Shown here: positions 29,698-38,183 of the stretch, in pieces
Layout of the letters: each line of letters opens with the position of its first letter
Numbering within the stretch: the stretch's first letter is position 1
NCBI GenBank assembly: GCA_963850905.1
Contig: CAWKMU010000003.1
Location: 2,944,001-3,008,000, forward strand
Direction: 5' to 3'
Length of the DNA stretch: 64,000 bases
DNA from: an uncultured Gemmatimonadales bacterium
GTDB lineage: Bacteria; Gemmatimonadota; Gemmatimonadetes; Gemmatimonadales; Gemmatimonadaceae
Translations under genes and position numbers: made by a program
The notes under the pieces: generated by a model
Databases searched by the model: none
Seen by the model: the letters and a program-made list of their open reading frames with translations, nothing else
Told to the model about the DNA's origin: nothing

Positions 29698-32085
29698 TCA
29701 CTGCTGGAGGGTTACCCGCAGGTTGATACTCCGCGGTCGTCCGATCGACGGGCCGCTCGTGAAGGCACCTTTCAATATGTAGTGGAGGTTGAATAGGTTT
29801 TCGACGGCGAGCTCGGACCGCACGCTGGTGCGGCCGACGGTGAGGACCGTGCCGACGCTCGGGTTGAAGATCGTGCTCGGCGCGACCTTGACGGCTGGGT
29901 TGAAGTCGAACAGGCCGGTGTGGTTTGGTGCTGCCGTGGGGTCGCCGCTGGTCAAACCGGATCCGAAGATTACCGTCATGCTCGCGTATCCCCAACGCCA
30001 GTTGTAATCGCCGTCGGCGGTGATCGACAGTCGCTGGTCGTGGTCCTGGTCGAACCAGCCGGTCGGGTATGCAGTGGGGAAGAATCCGCCTGTGATCGGT
30101 CCATGCGCCGACGCGTGACTGAGCGCGGCATTCAGGTAACCGGACAGCGGTCCGCCTGGGTGGACCTCGATCACCGACTCGAGCCCGGTCACGTGCACGA
30201 GTCCGATGTTCACAGTCGTGGTGAGCGCCGTTCCCGGCAGTGTATTGTCGTCGATCGCAGGCGAATCGTCGCGGAAGTAGCCGACGAATTTCGTGACGAC
30301 GCCACTCGGAAACCGGTGCGCCAAACCCGTCTCATAATACGAATCGCGTTCGGGCACGGTCGGCAGACCCACCTTGCCGGTGTCCGCTGCAGACGCGAGC
30401 ACGTGGAAGTCCTCGACGTTGGATGGGATGAACAGTCGACCGAAATACGCCCACACGGTGGTGCCTGGGGACGGGAACCAGTTGAGGCGAATCCGTGGGC
30501 TGACTTGGTGGATGTCTCCCGCCAGCGGCGCGACGTGGTGATCGAGTCGTACCCCGGTCCGTAGCTCCCAGTTGGGGGAGGGGTCGAATACCGATTCCAC
30601 GTACCCGCCGGCGTCGCCGCCTCGCACGTTCGCATTGACCGATGGGCCCGGACGCTCGAGGGAATCAACAGTGTTGAAATCTTCGCGTCCCTCGACCAGC
30701 GACGCATCAAACCCGGTCTGGACCCTGAGGATTCGGGGGACGACAGGGAAAGAGAGATCGCTCTTGAGACCTACCGTTGTCGCCGAGCGTCGTTCACTCA
30801 CATTGTAGCGGTCAGTCGTGTCCGGATAGAAGATGAAACTGGCCGAATCGTTCGCGCCCGGCACATAGTTGAGAGTGCTGCGCCGCAGGTACAGGGCCGT
30901 GAACAGCTGCGCACTGTGCGTCACCACCGGCCCCCCGCTGGCGTCCGTCGCGAATTGGTGGCGCCACGCAAGGTTCGCGAAGCCGTTCTCGTCGGTCTGG
31001 TTGTCGTTGATGACACCAATGCTCGAGTCGAACGGCACCTGAAAGTGCGTCCGTGACCCGTTGAGATCGAGCGTCACGAGGTCGCGCGCGGATGGCGTGT
31101 ACTGGACCTTGCCAAACCCGAACTCATCTTGTCCCGCATTGTGGAAGTTGATCGGCACGTTCCCAGGGCCCGCCTGGACCGGCTCTCGACGCATCTCGGT
31201 TTCCTGTCGCGTGGCCGAAAGCAGGAAGCCGAGTGGCCCGCTGTTCGTGCTCACGAGCACCGTCTGGCCATTACTGGCAAACGAGCCTTGGTAGGCCGAC
31301 AGCTCGGAGTGCCACCCGCCAGTGGGCACGCGCGTCGCCACGTTGATGACGGCGATGTTCTTGTTGCCGTACTCTGCGTCCCACGCGCCCGTCTGGAAAT
31401 CGATCCGGTCCACGACTGTCGGGTCGAACAGCTCGTTCAGAGTGCCCGAGATGCTGGCCGGCACTGGGACTCCGTCGATGTAATAGGTATACTCCGCGTG
31501 TTGCCCGCGGATGTGTACTTCGCCGGTCGGCGCACGCGCCGCACCGGCGATCGACTGCTGGACGATCTGTGAGGTCGTCGTCGTTGGCGCGCCATGGAAG
31601 TCGCTCTGCTGGAACGTCTGGTCGCCAGTGTGCGTATCGACCGCGACCGAGGCGCCCGCGGTGACCGTGACTGGCGAGAGTTGGGAGGCGACCGATACCA
31701 GGCGCACATCGACACGCACGAGGCGCGCGGAGTCCGTCAGGGCGATCGTCCGCGTGGCAGCGGCGTAGCCCAGCCTGCGGGCGCGGAGCTCATACGCGCC
31801 GCTTCGTGCGGCACGCAGGGCATAGTTGCCCCCCGAATCAGAGCGCGTCGTGACCACGGTTGCGCCCTGACGCGACAGAGTGATGATCACCGAACTGACG
31901 GGCGAGTTCGAGGCGCTATCGCTCACCCGGCCCGTGATCCGCCATTGGCCCGACGGGCGAGTCGCGGCAGTACCGCCAGACGCTTGTTGGGCCCTCGCGA
32001 CCTCCACTCCCACTGCGAGGGCTAACAGTTGCATCAGGATCAGGAAGTGCGGACGCCCCGGGGCGAAACGCAGCGATGTTGCCAA
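29698..32085 (-). CDS. TonB-dependent receptor (paralog 1)
   Basis: Carboxypeptidase-regulatory-like N-domain, plug GEVHIRGQHAEYTYYIDGVPV, SPRIRL, VENLFN..Y, GRPRS; start uncertain (32085 or 32034). Confidence 0.92.
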   Translation of the reverse strand: MATSLRFAPGRPHFLILMQLLALAVGVEVARAQQASGGTAATRPSGQWRITGRVSDSASNSPVSSVIITLSRQGATVVTTRSDSGGNYALRAARSGAYELRARRLGYAAATRTIALTDSARLVRVDVRLVSVASQLSPVTVTAGASVAVDTHTGDQTFQQSDFHGAPTTTTSQIVQQSIAGAARAPTGEVHIRGQHAEYTYYIDGVPVPASISGTLNELFDPTVVDRIDFQTGAWDAEYGNKNIAVINVATRVPTGGWHSELSAYQGSFASNGQTVLVSTNSGPLGFLLSATRQETEMRREPVQAGPGNVPINFHNAGQDEFGFGKVQYTPSARDLVTLDLNGSRTHFQVPFDSSIGVINDNQTDENGFANLAWRHQFATDASGGPVVTHSAQLFTALYLRRSTLNYVPGANDSASFIFYPDTTDRYNVSERRSATTVGLKSDLSFPVVPRILRVQTGFDASLVEGREDFNTVDSLERPGPSVNANVRGGDAGGYVESVFDPSPNWELRTGVRLDHHVAPLAGDIHQVSPRIRLNWFPSPGTTVWAYFGRLFIPSNVEDFHVLASAADTGKVGLPTVPERDSYYETGLAHRFPSGVVTKFVGYFRDDSPAIDDNTLPGTALTTTVNIGLVHVTGLESVIEVHPGGPLSGYLNAALSHASAHGPITGGFFPTAYPTGWFDQDHDQRLSITADGDYNWRWGYASMTVIFGSGLTSGDPTAAPNHTGLFDFNPAVKVAPSTIFNPSVGTVLTVGRTSVRSELAVENLFNLHYILKGAFTSGPSIGRPRSINLRVTLQQ

Positions 32086-32128
32086 AATGATGTGGGCCCA
32101 AATCTGTCGTTCGTGGCACCTGCACCCA

Positions 32129-32157
32129 AGTTTAGTGCATCCTAAGTTCGTAGGCAA
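32129..32157 (-). promoter_or_regulatory. sigma70-like promoter overlapped by a DtxR/MntR-like operator
   Basis: TTGCCT-N17-TAAACT; imperfect palindrome CTTAGG-ATGC-ACTAAA (32131-32146) covers the spacer and -10. Confidence 0.6.
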
Positions 32158-32224
32158 GGACGAGCCACCCGCCGGACGGTGAGACGTTACCGGAGCGCCT
32201 GACTGCGCTCCCAATTCGCGACAC

Positions 32225-32253
32225 AAAAACGGCCGCCCGAACCGGGCGGCCGT
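32225..32253 (-). terminator. Rho-independent terminator after TonB receptor paralog 2
   Basis: ACGGCCGCCC-ggttc-GGGCGGCCGT followed by a T-run on the minus strand. Confidence 0.85.
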
Positions 32254-32287
32254 CCGTGTTGCTCGCCAATTGGAGGCTGTCTCGTCG

Positions 32288-34762
32288 CTACACTCCGAGC
32301 GTCATCTTGAACTGCACCATGAACGGGCGGCCAATCGACTCGCCACTGAAGAAGGCGCCTTTCAAGATGTATTGGTTGTTGAAGAGGTTGGTGAAGAAGA
32401 TCTCGGGCTTGATGTAGGTCTTTCCCGCGTAGAAGAGGTACCCCAGACTCAAGTTCTGGATGTAGCTCGGCGCCACCTTGAACGCGCGGTTGAAGCAAAA
32501 CAGCGACGTGCAGTAACTCTTGTTGCCGGGCTGGAAGCCGGTTGCGACGGTTCCCGTATCGTAGGGCACATTCGCGTCTGGCGTGAACCCGTTCGTCAGT
32601 CCGCTGCCGTAGATGCCGGTCACGCTGATTTGGAACCGGTTGGGGGTGTAGTAGAGGTTCCAGACGGCCGAGAGCCGCTGGTCGTGATCCAGGTCGAAGT
32701 ACGTGTTGGGGGTCTGGACCGGGAAGAATCCGCCGGTGATCGGCCCCAGGCCATACGCGTGGTTGAGCGCGAGATTGAGATAGCCGCTCAACGGTCCCGG
32801 CGGCGCGACGTTCACGACGCCTTCGAGGCCGGTCACCCAGATATGGCTGATGTTGACGTCTGTCAGGATCGCCGTTCCCGGGATCGTGTTGTCGTCGATC
32901 CCAGGGGTGCTCTCCTTGTGGTAGTAAGCGAGTTTGGTCACGATCCCCAGGGGGAAGCGGTGGAGATACGCGGCCTCGTAGAACGCATCGCGCTCCGGCA
33001 GGGTGGGACTCGTCACCACGCCGCCTTGCGATGCTGATGTGATTTCGCGCAAATCCTCGATATTGGTCGGCATGAACAGACGGCCGAAGTAGAGGTAGAA
33101 CGTGTTGGCCGGGCTCGGATAGAAGTTCAGCCGGATGCGCGGACTGACCTGGGTCTGGTTGGACGCAAACGGCTCGACGTGGCTGTCGAAGCGGAGCCCT
33201 GTGCGCAACTCGAACCACTCGATGGGGCGCACGTTCACCTGCGCGTAGCTGCCCCAGTCGTAGCCGTTGAGTCCCGAGTTCGAGGCGATCGGTGCCTGCG
33301 CACCAGTCGGGTCAGTCAGGGCGAAGTCCTCGTGACCAAAGGTATGCTGATAGATCGTGCCGACCTTTCCGTCCATGAGGCCAGTGATGAGTGGGAACGA
33401 GAGGTCGGTCTTGATGCCGAGATCATAGAAGTTGCGGCTCTCGTAGACATCACGCGGCGTGTGCGTCGGGTCGGCTGCGTCGACGAACGACGGGACGTCC
33501 TCGGCACCCGGCCGATAGTCGAGCGAGCCATCGCGAAAGTACGGCCCGACGAACAACTCGGCCGGCTGGCTCTGCTCGTCCGTGCCCACCGCTTCACCGA
33601 ACCTGTGATGGTAGGCCAAGTTCAAAAACGAATTCACATCGGTCTGATGGTCGTTCAGCGTCGCGACCGTAGAGTCGTATGGCACGTCGAAGTGTGTCGT
33701 CGAATAGCTGCCATCCATTGTGAAGAGGTCGCGCGGCCCGAACGTGTACTGAAGCTTCGCGAACCCGTAGTAGTCGCTGCCGGCGTTGTGATAGTTGACC
33801 GGTGCGCAGCATCCGCCGGTGCCGCCCGGGTCGCTGCCGCTGGAAACAACCGGGTCGAGCCGCATGTCCGTGCCATTGGCCTGCCCGGAGAAGAACAGGC
33901 CCAGCCGTCCCGAATTCCCGCTCATCATGAGTGATGTCGCATTCGTGCCGTATGAGCCGCCGGCTAACGAGACCTCGGAGTGGAACGGCCCGGACGGGAT
34001 CCGCGTTTCGATGTTGATAATGGCCGATTGTCGGCCGCCGTACTCGGCGTCCCAGCCACCGGTCTGAAAATCGATCGCCTGCGCGACTTCGGGGCTGAAC
34101 AACTCGTTGAGAGACCCTGAAATGCCCGGTGGGACCGGCACGCCATCGACGTAATAGGTGTACTCGGCATGCTGACCGCGGATGTGGACCTCGCCCGTCG
34201 GTGCGCGAGCGGCGCCGGCGATCGATTGCTGGATGACGGCAGACGTGGTGGCTGAAGGCGGGGCGATCGCTTCATTCTCACTATAGGTCTGGTCGCCAGT
34301 CGTCGTGTTGATGGCGACCGGCGCCTGAGCCGTGACTTCGACCGCCTCCAGCGAAGCTGGCGCCGGGAACAGCTTGAAATTCACGTGCACGGAGCCGTTC
34401 GTCACCGTGATGTCCGCGCCTTTGGACCTGTACCCGATGAAATGCGCAGTGACCGTGTAGGAGCCCGCAGGAATATTGTGCATGGTGTAGCGGCCGAACG
34501 CGTCGGTGGTCGTGTTCGCGACGATCCTGGTGGTCTGTTGCACCGCGATCTCCACCCCCTGGAGGGGGCGGTCGTTGGTGCTGTCGGTAACGCTGCCAGC
34601 GACGTCGCCAGAGGCGGCTCGATGCGCGGTCGGGCGATTGCCGCCGATCGGCTCGGCTTGGGCTGCGGTCGTGAAGACGCCAACCACAGCGAGCGCGAAG
34701 AGGAGTGCGCGGAGCGGCCACGAACGGCAAAACAACGGCAGGATGCGGACAGACATGGACAT
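32288..34762 (-). CDS. TonB-dependent receptor (paralog 2)
   Basis: Plug nearly identical to paralog 1 (QQSIAGAARAPTGEVHIRGQHAEYTYY); signal peptide; GAGAGG RBS. Confidence 0.93.
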   Translation of the reverse strand: MSMSVRILPLFCRSWPLRALLFALAVVGVFTTAAQAEPIGGNRPTAHRAASGDVAGSVTDSTNDRPLQGVEIAVQQTTRIVANTTTDAFGRYTMHNIPAGSYTVTAHFIGYRSKGADITVTNGSVHVNFKLFPAPASLEAVEVTAQAPVAINTTTGDQTYSENEAIAPPSATTSAVIQQSIAGAARAPTGEVHIRGQHAEYTYYVDGVPVPPGISGSLNELFSPEVAQAIDFQTGGWDAEYGGRQSAIINIETRIPSGPFHSEVSLAGGSYGTNATSLMMSGNSGRLGLFFSGQANGTDMRLDPVVSSGSDPGGTGGCCAPVNYHNAGSDYYGFAKLQYTFGPRDLFTMDGSYSTTHFDVPYDSTVATLNDHQTDVNSFLNLAYHHRFGEAVGTDEQSQPAELFVGPYFRDGSLDYRPGAEDVPSFVDAADPTHTPRDVYESRNFYDLGIKTDLSFPLITGLMDGKVGTIYQHTFGHEDFALTDPTGAQAPIASNSGLNGYDWGSYAQVNVRPIEWFELRTGLRFDSHVEPFASNQTQVSPRIRLNFYPSPANTFYLYFGRLFMPTNIEDLREITSASQGGVVTSPTLPERDAFYEAAYLHRFPLGIVTKLAYYHKESTPGIDDNTIPGTAILTDVNISHIWVTGLEGVVNVAPPGPLSGYLNLALNHAYGLGPITGGFFPVQTPNTYFDLDHDQRLSAVWNLYYTPNRFQISVTGIYGSGLTNGFTPDANVPYDTGTVATGFQPGNKSYCTSLFCFNRAFKVAPSYIQNLSLGYLFYAGKTYIKPEIFFTNLFNNQYILKGAFFSGESIGRPFMVQFKMTLGV

Positions 34763-34767
34763 GCGAC

Positions 34768-34893
34768 AGGCCTCTCGTTAGTGAGTTCTCGCAGGGCTCA
34801 GATCCGACAGGAGCCGGGATCTCGCTGCGCAATCGCTCCTTGGCGCACGAGCGCATGCGCGGAGATCTGTGGTTAGATGACGTGGAGAGGCCT
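34768..34893 (-). promoter_or_regulatory. Structured 5' leader able to sequester the receptor RBS
   Basis: AGGCCTCTC pairs with GAGAGGCCT (contains the SD) and encloses two internal hairpins. Confidence 0.45.
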
Positions 34894-35078
34894 TGACCGT
34901 CTACTTGAATCCAATGAATGCCCCGATTACGTGTACCGGCGGGCGTAGAAAGCGTGTGGATGGGTGCGACGCAGCCTGGCCGTAGCCGTGCAACCTCCGT
35001 CAACTGCGTTCCCCACGTCGTCGCGGCCGCGCCTGCCCGCGCGGACCGCCGCAGCGTGAAGCTGGCACAGAAGCGGCC

Positions 35079-35129
35079 GCCGTTCATTGTTCCGGTTTCG
35101 CCGCTCACCGCGCCAAACCCGCCATTCAG
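35079..35129 (+). promoter_or_regulatory. Putative LytTR binding site: three direct repeats with 21-bp period
   Basis: GCCGTTCAT (35079), GCCGCTCAC (35100), GCCATTCAG (35121), upstream of the LytS/LytTR genes. Confidence 0.65.
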
Positions 35130-35291
35130 GAGGAAGCGGTGCGAGCTAGCTGTGGTTGCCCCTACATTTCCTCCGGGTAGCCTCGGCCATCCCTCCGTCC
35201 GCTCAGCTCATCCGTTGGACCGGGTTCGGCCCGAGGCGGGCGATTCGTTCCCGGATGAGGGTGGCTTGCGACTCGATCGATCGAGTGTCGG

Positions 35292-37301
35292 ATGACGCCG
35301 TCCAATGCGACCGCGCTGTTCCACGTGCTCGGGTTTCTCACGGCGAGCGCGCTCTATGTGATGCTCGCGGCGATGACGCTCGGCGCGCGCGCGCGCGGCG
35401 GGGCAGGGCAGATGTTGGGTGGCCGGTCAGATCTCATTCCACTGGCCACAGCGGTTCTCGGACTCGTGTGGAACGTCGGCGAGGTCGTCATGTACGGGCT
35501 GCATGCGACGGAGGGGGCCGCGCCGCCGTGGCTGATCGTACTGGCGTTTGCGGCGCTCTTCTATTTGCCCGCCGTGGTGATACACTCTGCCCTCGCCGGC
35601 GCGTCGCCGCCGCGTGCGGACGCACAGCGACCGCCCGCAACGCGGACCCTCATCATCGCCGCGTATGGGTTGAGTACGACCGCGACGCTGCTGAGCGTGA
35701 TCGCGACGCTGCGTGGCGACCCGGTTCCATCGCGCGCTTCGCTCTTGGTTCTGAGCGTTGGGTTTGTGGCCGTCGTCGGACTACTCATGCTGTACTCGCG
35801 GCGCCAGCCGGCGTGGCGAAAGGCACTCCCGGTCGGTGCCGTTGCCACGTTCGCAGTCATGCTCACGCATCTCACGCAGCACTCGAGCGCGGCCGACCAA
35901 TGGCCCATTGAGCTCATCGGCCATCACGGCTCGCTCCTCGTTGTTCTCGTCATTCTGTATCAAGACTATCGGTTCGCGCTCGCGGACCTCTTTCTCAAAC
36001 GAGCCGTCACACTGCTCGCGGTAACGGCGCTCGCCGCCGGCCTCTACGCTTGGGTCGTCGTGCCCCACGTGCTGCCCCATCTGGCGAACCCAGTCGACGG
36101 TCGGTCGACGGACCCGTTGGCGGCAGCGGCGCTCCTGGCCCTGTGGGTTGGTACGGCACTCGCCTACCCGCGGCTCCGGCGGGTGGTGACGCGATTTGTT
36201 GACCGAGTCGTGCTGCGCCGGCCGGAGACTGGACGGCTGCTCGCAGACCTCGCGACGGAGGCCGCGTCGCTCACGACAGTCGACACCGTACTCGACGCCA
36301 CATGCGATGGACTCGCGCGCGGCCTCTCGGCCACGCGGCGCTCCTGGTCGGTCGACCTGATGACCGATGGATCTGATGGCGCGGGGTCGGTTCCCCAGAC
36401 GCTGGTCTCCGTTCTACCTGGTGGACGGGAGGCGACCGTTCGGGTCGTCACCGCTGATACACCCGCGTACCGCATCACGGTCGGCGGGCTGTCCGCAGGT
36501 CGACGCCTCCTATCCGATGACTACGCCCTGCTCGATGGCGCCGCTCGCCTCGCCGCCCGTCGCGTCGACGCGCTGCGGGTCGCACACGAGCGCTGTGAGC
36601 GGGATATGCGCGAGCAGCAGATCATGCGGCTTGCCACCGAGGCCGAGCTCCGGGCGTTGCGTGCGCAGCTCAACCCGCATTTCCTGTTCAACGCGCTGAC
36701 GACGATCGGATGCCTCGTGCGCGAAGCGCCCGATCGTGCGCTGGAGACGCTGCTGCGGTTGACCGACGTCCTGCGAGCCGTGTTGAAGCGGACTGACGGC
36801 GAATTCACGACGCTCGGCGAGGAGTTGGACATCGTGTCCGCGTACTTATCCATCGAGCGCGCACGCTTCGAGGACCGTTTGCGGGTGACGACCGATGTCG
36901 CTCCCGAGCTGGGCCCGTTGCGGATTCCACCACTCGTGCTACAACCCGTCGTCGAGAACGCCGTCAAGCACGGTATTGGATCGCTGGTGCGCGGTGGCTG
37001 CATCGTCATCAGCGCACGGGTCGAGGCCGTCGTCCCGCGCGACCCGGCCGAGGTGGCCGTGAGCGCGGCGGGCCAGCAGCAGCTCTGCCTCACGGTCACC
37101 GACACTGGGATGGGGACGGCCGCGACGGAATTGGCACGGCGCCGACAAAACGGCACGGGGTTGGCCAATATCGAGCGTCGGCTCGAGCGTTATTTCGGGG
37201 CCGCTGCTTCACTCACGATCCGCAGTGCGGTCGGAGTCGGCACCACCGTGGACATTCGACTCCCTGCCACAGTCCGCGACGCCGTTCGTGTGGCAGTGTG
37301 A
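35292..37301 (+). CDS. LytS/YehU-type sensor histidine kinase with multi-TM input
   Basis: AELRALRAQLNPHFLFNAL, TLGEEL, YLSIERARFEDRL, LQPVVENAVKHG, GTGLANI. Confidence 0.95.
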   Translation: MTPSNATALFHVLGFLTASALYVMLAAMTLGARARGGAGQMLGGRSDLIPLATAVLGLVWNVGEVVMYGLHATEGAAPPWLIVLAFAALFYLPAVVIHSALAGASPPRADAQRPPATRTLIIAAYGLSTTATLLSVIATLRGDPVPSRASLLVLSVGFVAVVGLLMLYSRRQPAWRKALPVGAVATFAVMLTHLTQHSSAADQWPIELIGHHGSLLVVLVILYQDYRFALADLFLKRAVTLLAVTALAAGLYAWVVVPHVLPHLANPVDGRSTDPLAAAALLALWVGTALAYPRLRRVVTRFVDRVVLRRPETGRLLADLATEAASLTTVDTVLDATCDGLARGLSATRRSWSVDLMTDGSDGAGSVPQTLVSVLPGGREATVRVVTADTPAYRITVGGLSAGRRLLSDDYALLDGAARLAARRVDALRVAHERCERDMREQQIMRLATEAELRALRAQLNPHFLFNALTTIGCLVREAPDRALETLLRLTDVLRAVLKRTDGEFTTLGEELDIVSAYLSIERARFEDRLRVTTDVAPELGPLRIPPLVLQPVVENAVKHGIGSLVRGGCIVISARVEAVVPRDPAEVAVSAAGQQQLCLTVTDTGMGTAATELARRRQNGTGLANIERRLERYFGAAASLTIRSAVGVGTTVDIRLPATVRDAVRVAV

Positions 37302-37383
37302 CACCATGCCCTCTGTTGCAGGTGACCCGGTCGTCACTGGCGCGCCACTCGTCGCTGCCTGGGGCACCACGCGAAATCGTGAC

Positions 37384-38166
37384 GTGAGTGCGACATTGCG
37401 CGTGATCATCGCCGATGATGAACGTCCCGCGCGGGCGTTCCTGGCGTCCCTCGTACGTTCGAACCCTGATGTCGAGCTTTTGGGGGAAGCATCGACGGGC
37501 ATGGAAGCCGTCGCGCTCATCGAGCGCGTGCGTCCCGACCTCGCTCTACTCGACTTGCAGATGCCCGAAGTCGATGGGTTAGGCGTCGTCCGGCTGCTCA
37601 ACAAGACGGCGGTGCCGCTCGTTGCCTTTGTGACGGCCTATGATGAGTATGCAGTCCGGGCGTTCGAGGTGAACGCCATCGACTACTTGCTCAAGCCGGT
37701 CGACCCGGTCCGACTGCGCCGCACGCTGACCCGTGCCCAGGAGCGGCTGGAGCACGCAGATTATGATCCGCGGGAGACCCAGCGCCTGGCCGCGGCGGCC
37801 GCGTCGCTCGTCGGAGTCCCGGCCGGTGGGTATCTCCTGCGCATCCCGGTTCGGCATAAGGACGACATCATGATCGTCCCGACCGAGCAGATCGCGTCCG
37901 TAGTGGCACACGGGGAGTTGCTGCGGCTGACTACGATCGCCGGGCAGCGGCACATCATTACCTACCGACTCAAGGATCTCGAGGCGCGGCTCGACCCGGC
38001 GCAGTTCGTCCGGCTGTCGCGCGGTGCGTTGGTCAACCTGGGGCTCATCCAGCGGGTGAGTCCGATGCCCGGCGGCACGTACGTCGTGACCCTGACGACC
38101 GGCCAGCAGGTTCCAGTGAGTCGCCTGCGTGCGCGCGCACTCCGGGACACGCTGCTGCGACTCTAA
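37384..38166 (+). CDS. LytTR-family response regulator
   Basis: IIADDE, LLDLQMPEVDG, FVTAYDEYA, DYLLKP, LDPAQFVRLSR, PVSR. Confidence 0.95.
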   Translation: MSATLRVIIADDERPARAFLASLVRSNPDVELLGEASTGMEAVALIERVRPDLALLDLQMPEVDGLGVVRLLNKTAVPLVAFVTAYDEYAVRAFEVNAIDYLLKPVDPVRLRRTLTRAQERLEHADYDPRETQRLAAAAASLVGVPAGGYLLRIPVRHKDDIMIVPTEQIASVVAHGELLRLTTIAGQRHIITYRLKDLEARLDPAQFVRLSRGALVNLGLIQRVSPMPGGTYVVTLTTGQQVPVSRLRARALRDTLLRL

Positions 38167-38183
38167 GTTGGATCGCTCGCCGA

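Noticed and set aside
34763..35050. Cobalamin riboswitch upstream of the TonB receptor
   Set aside because: No B12-box or GCCACTG/GGGAAG elements recognised; kept only as an unclassified leader
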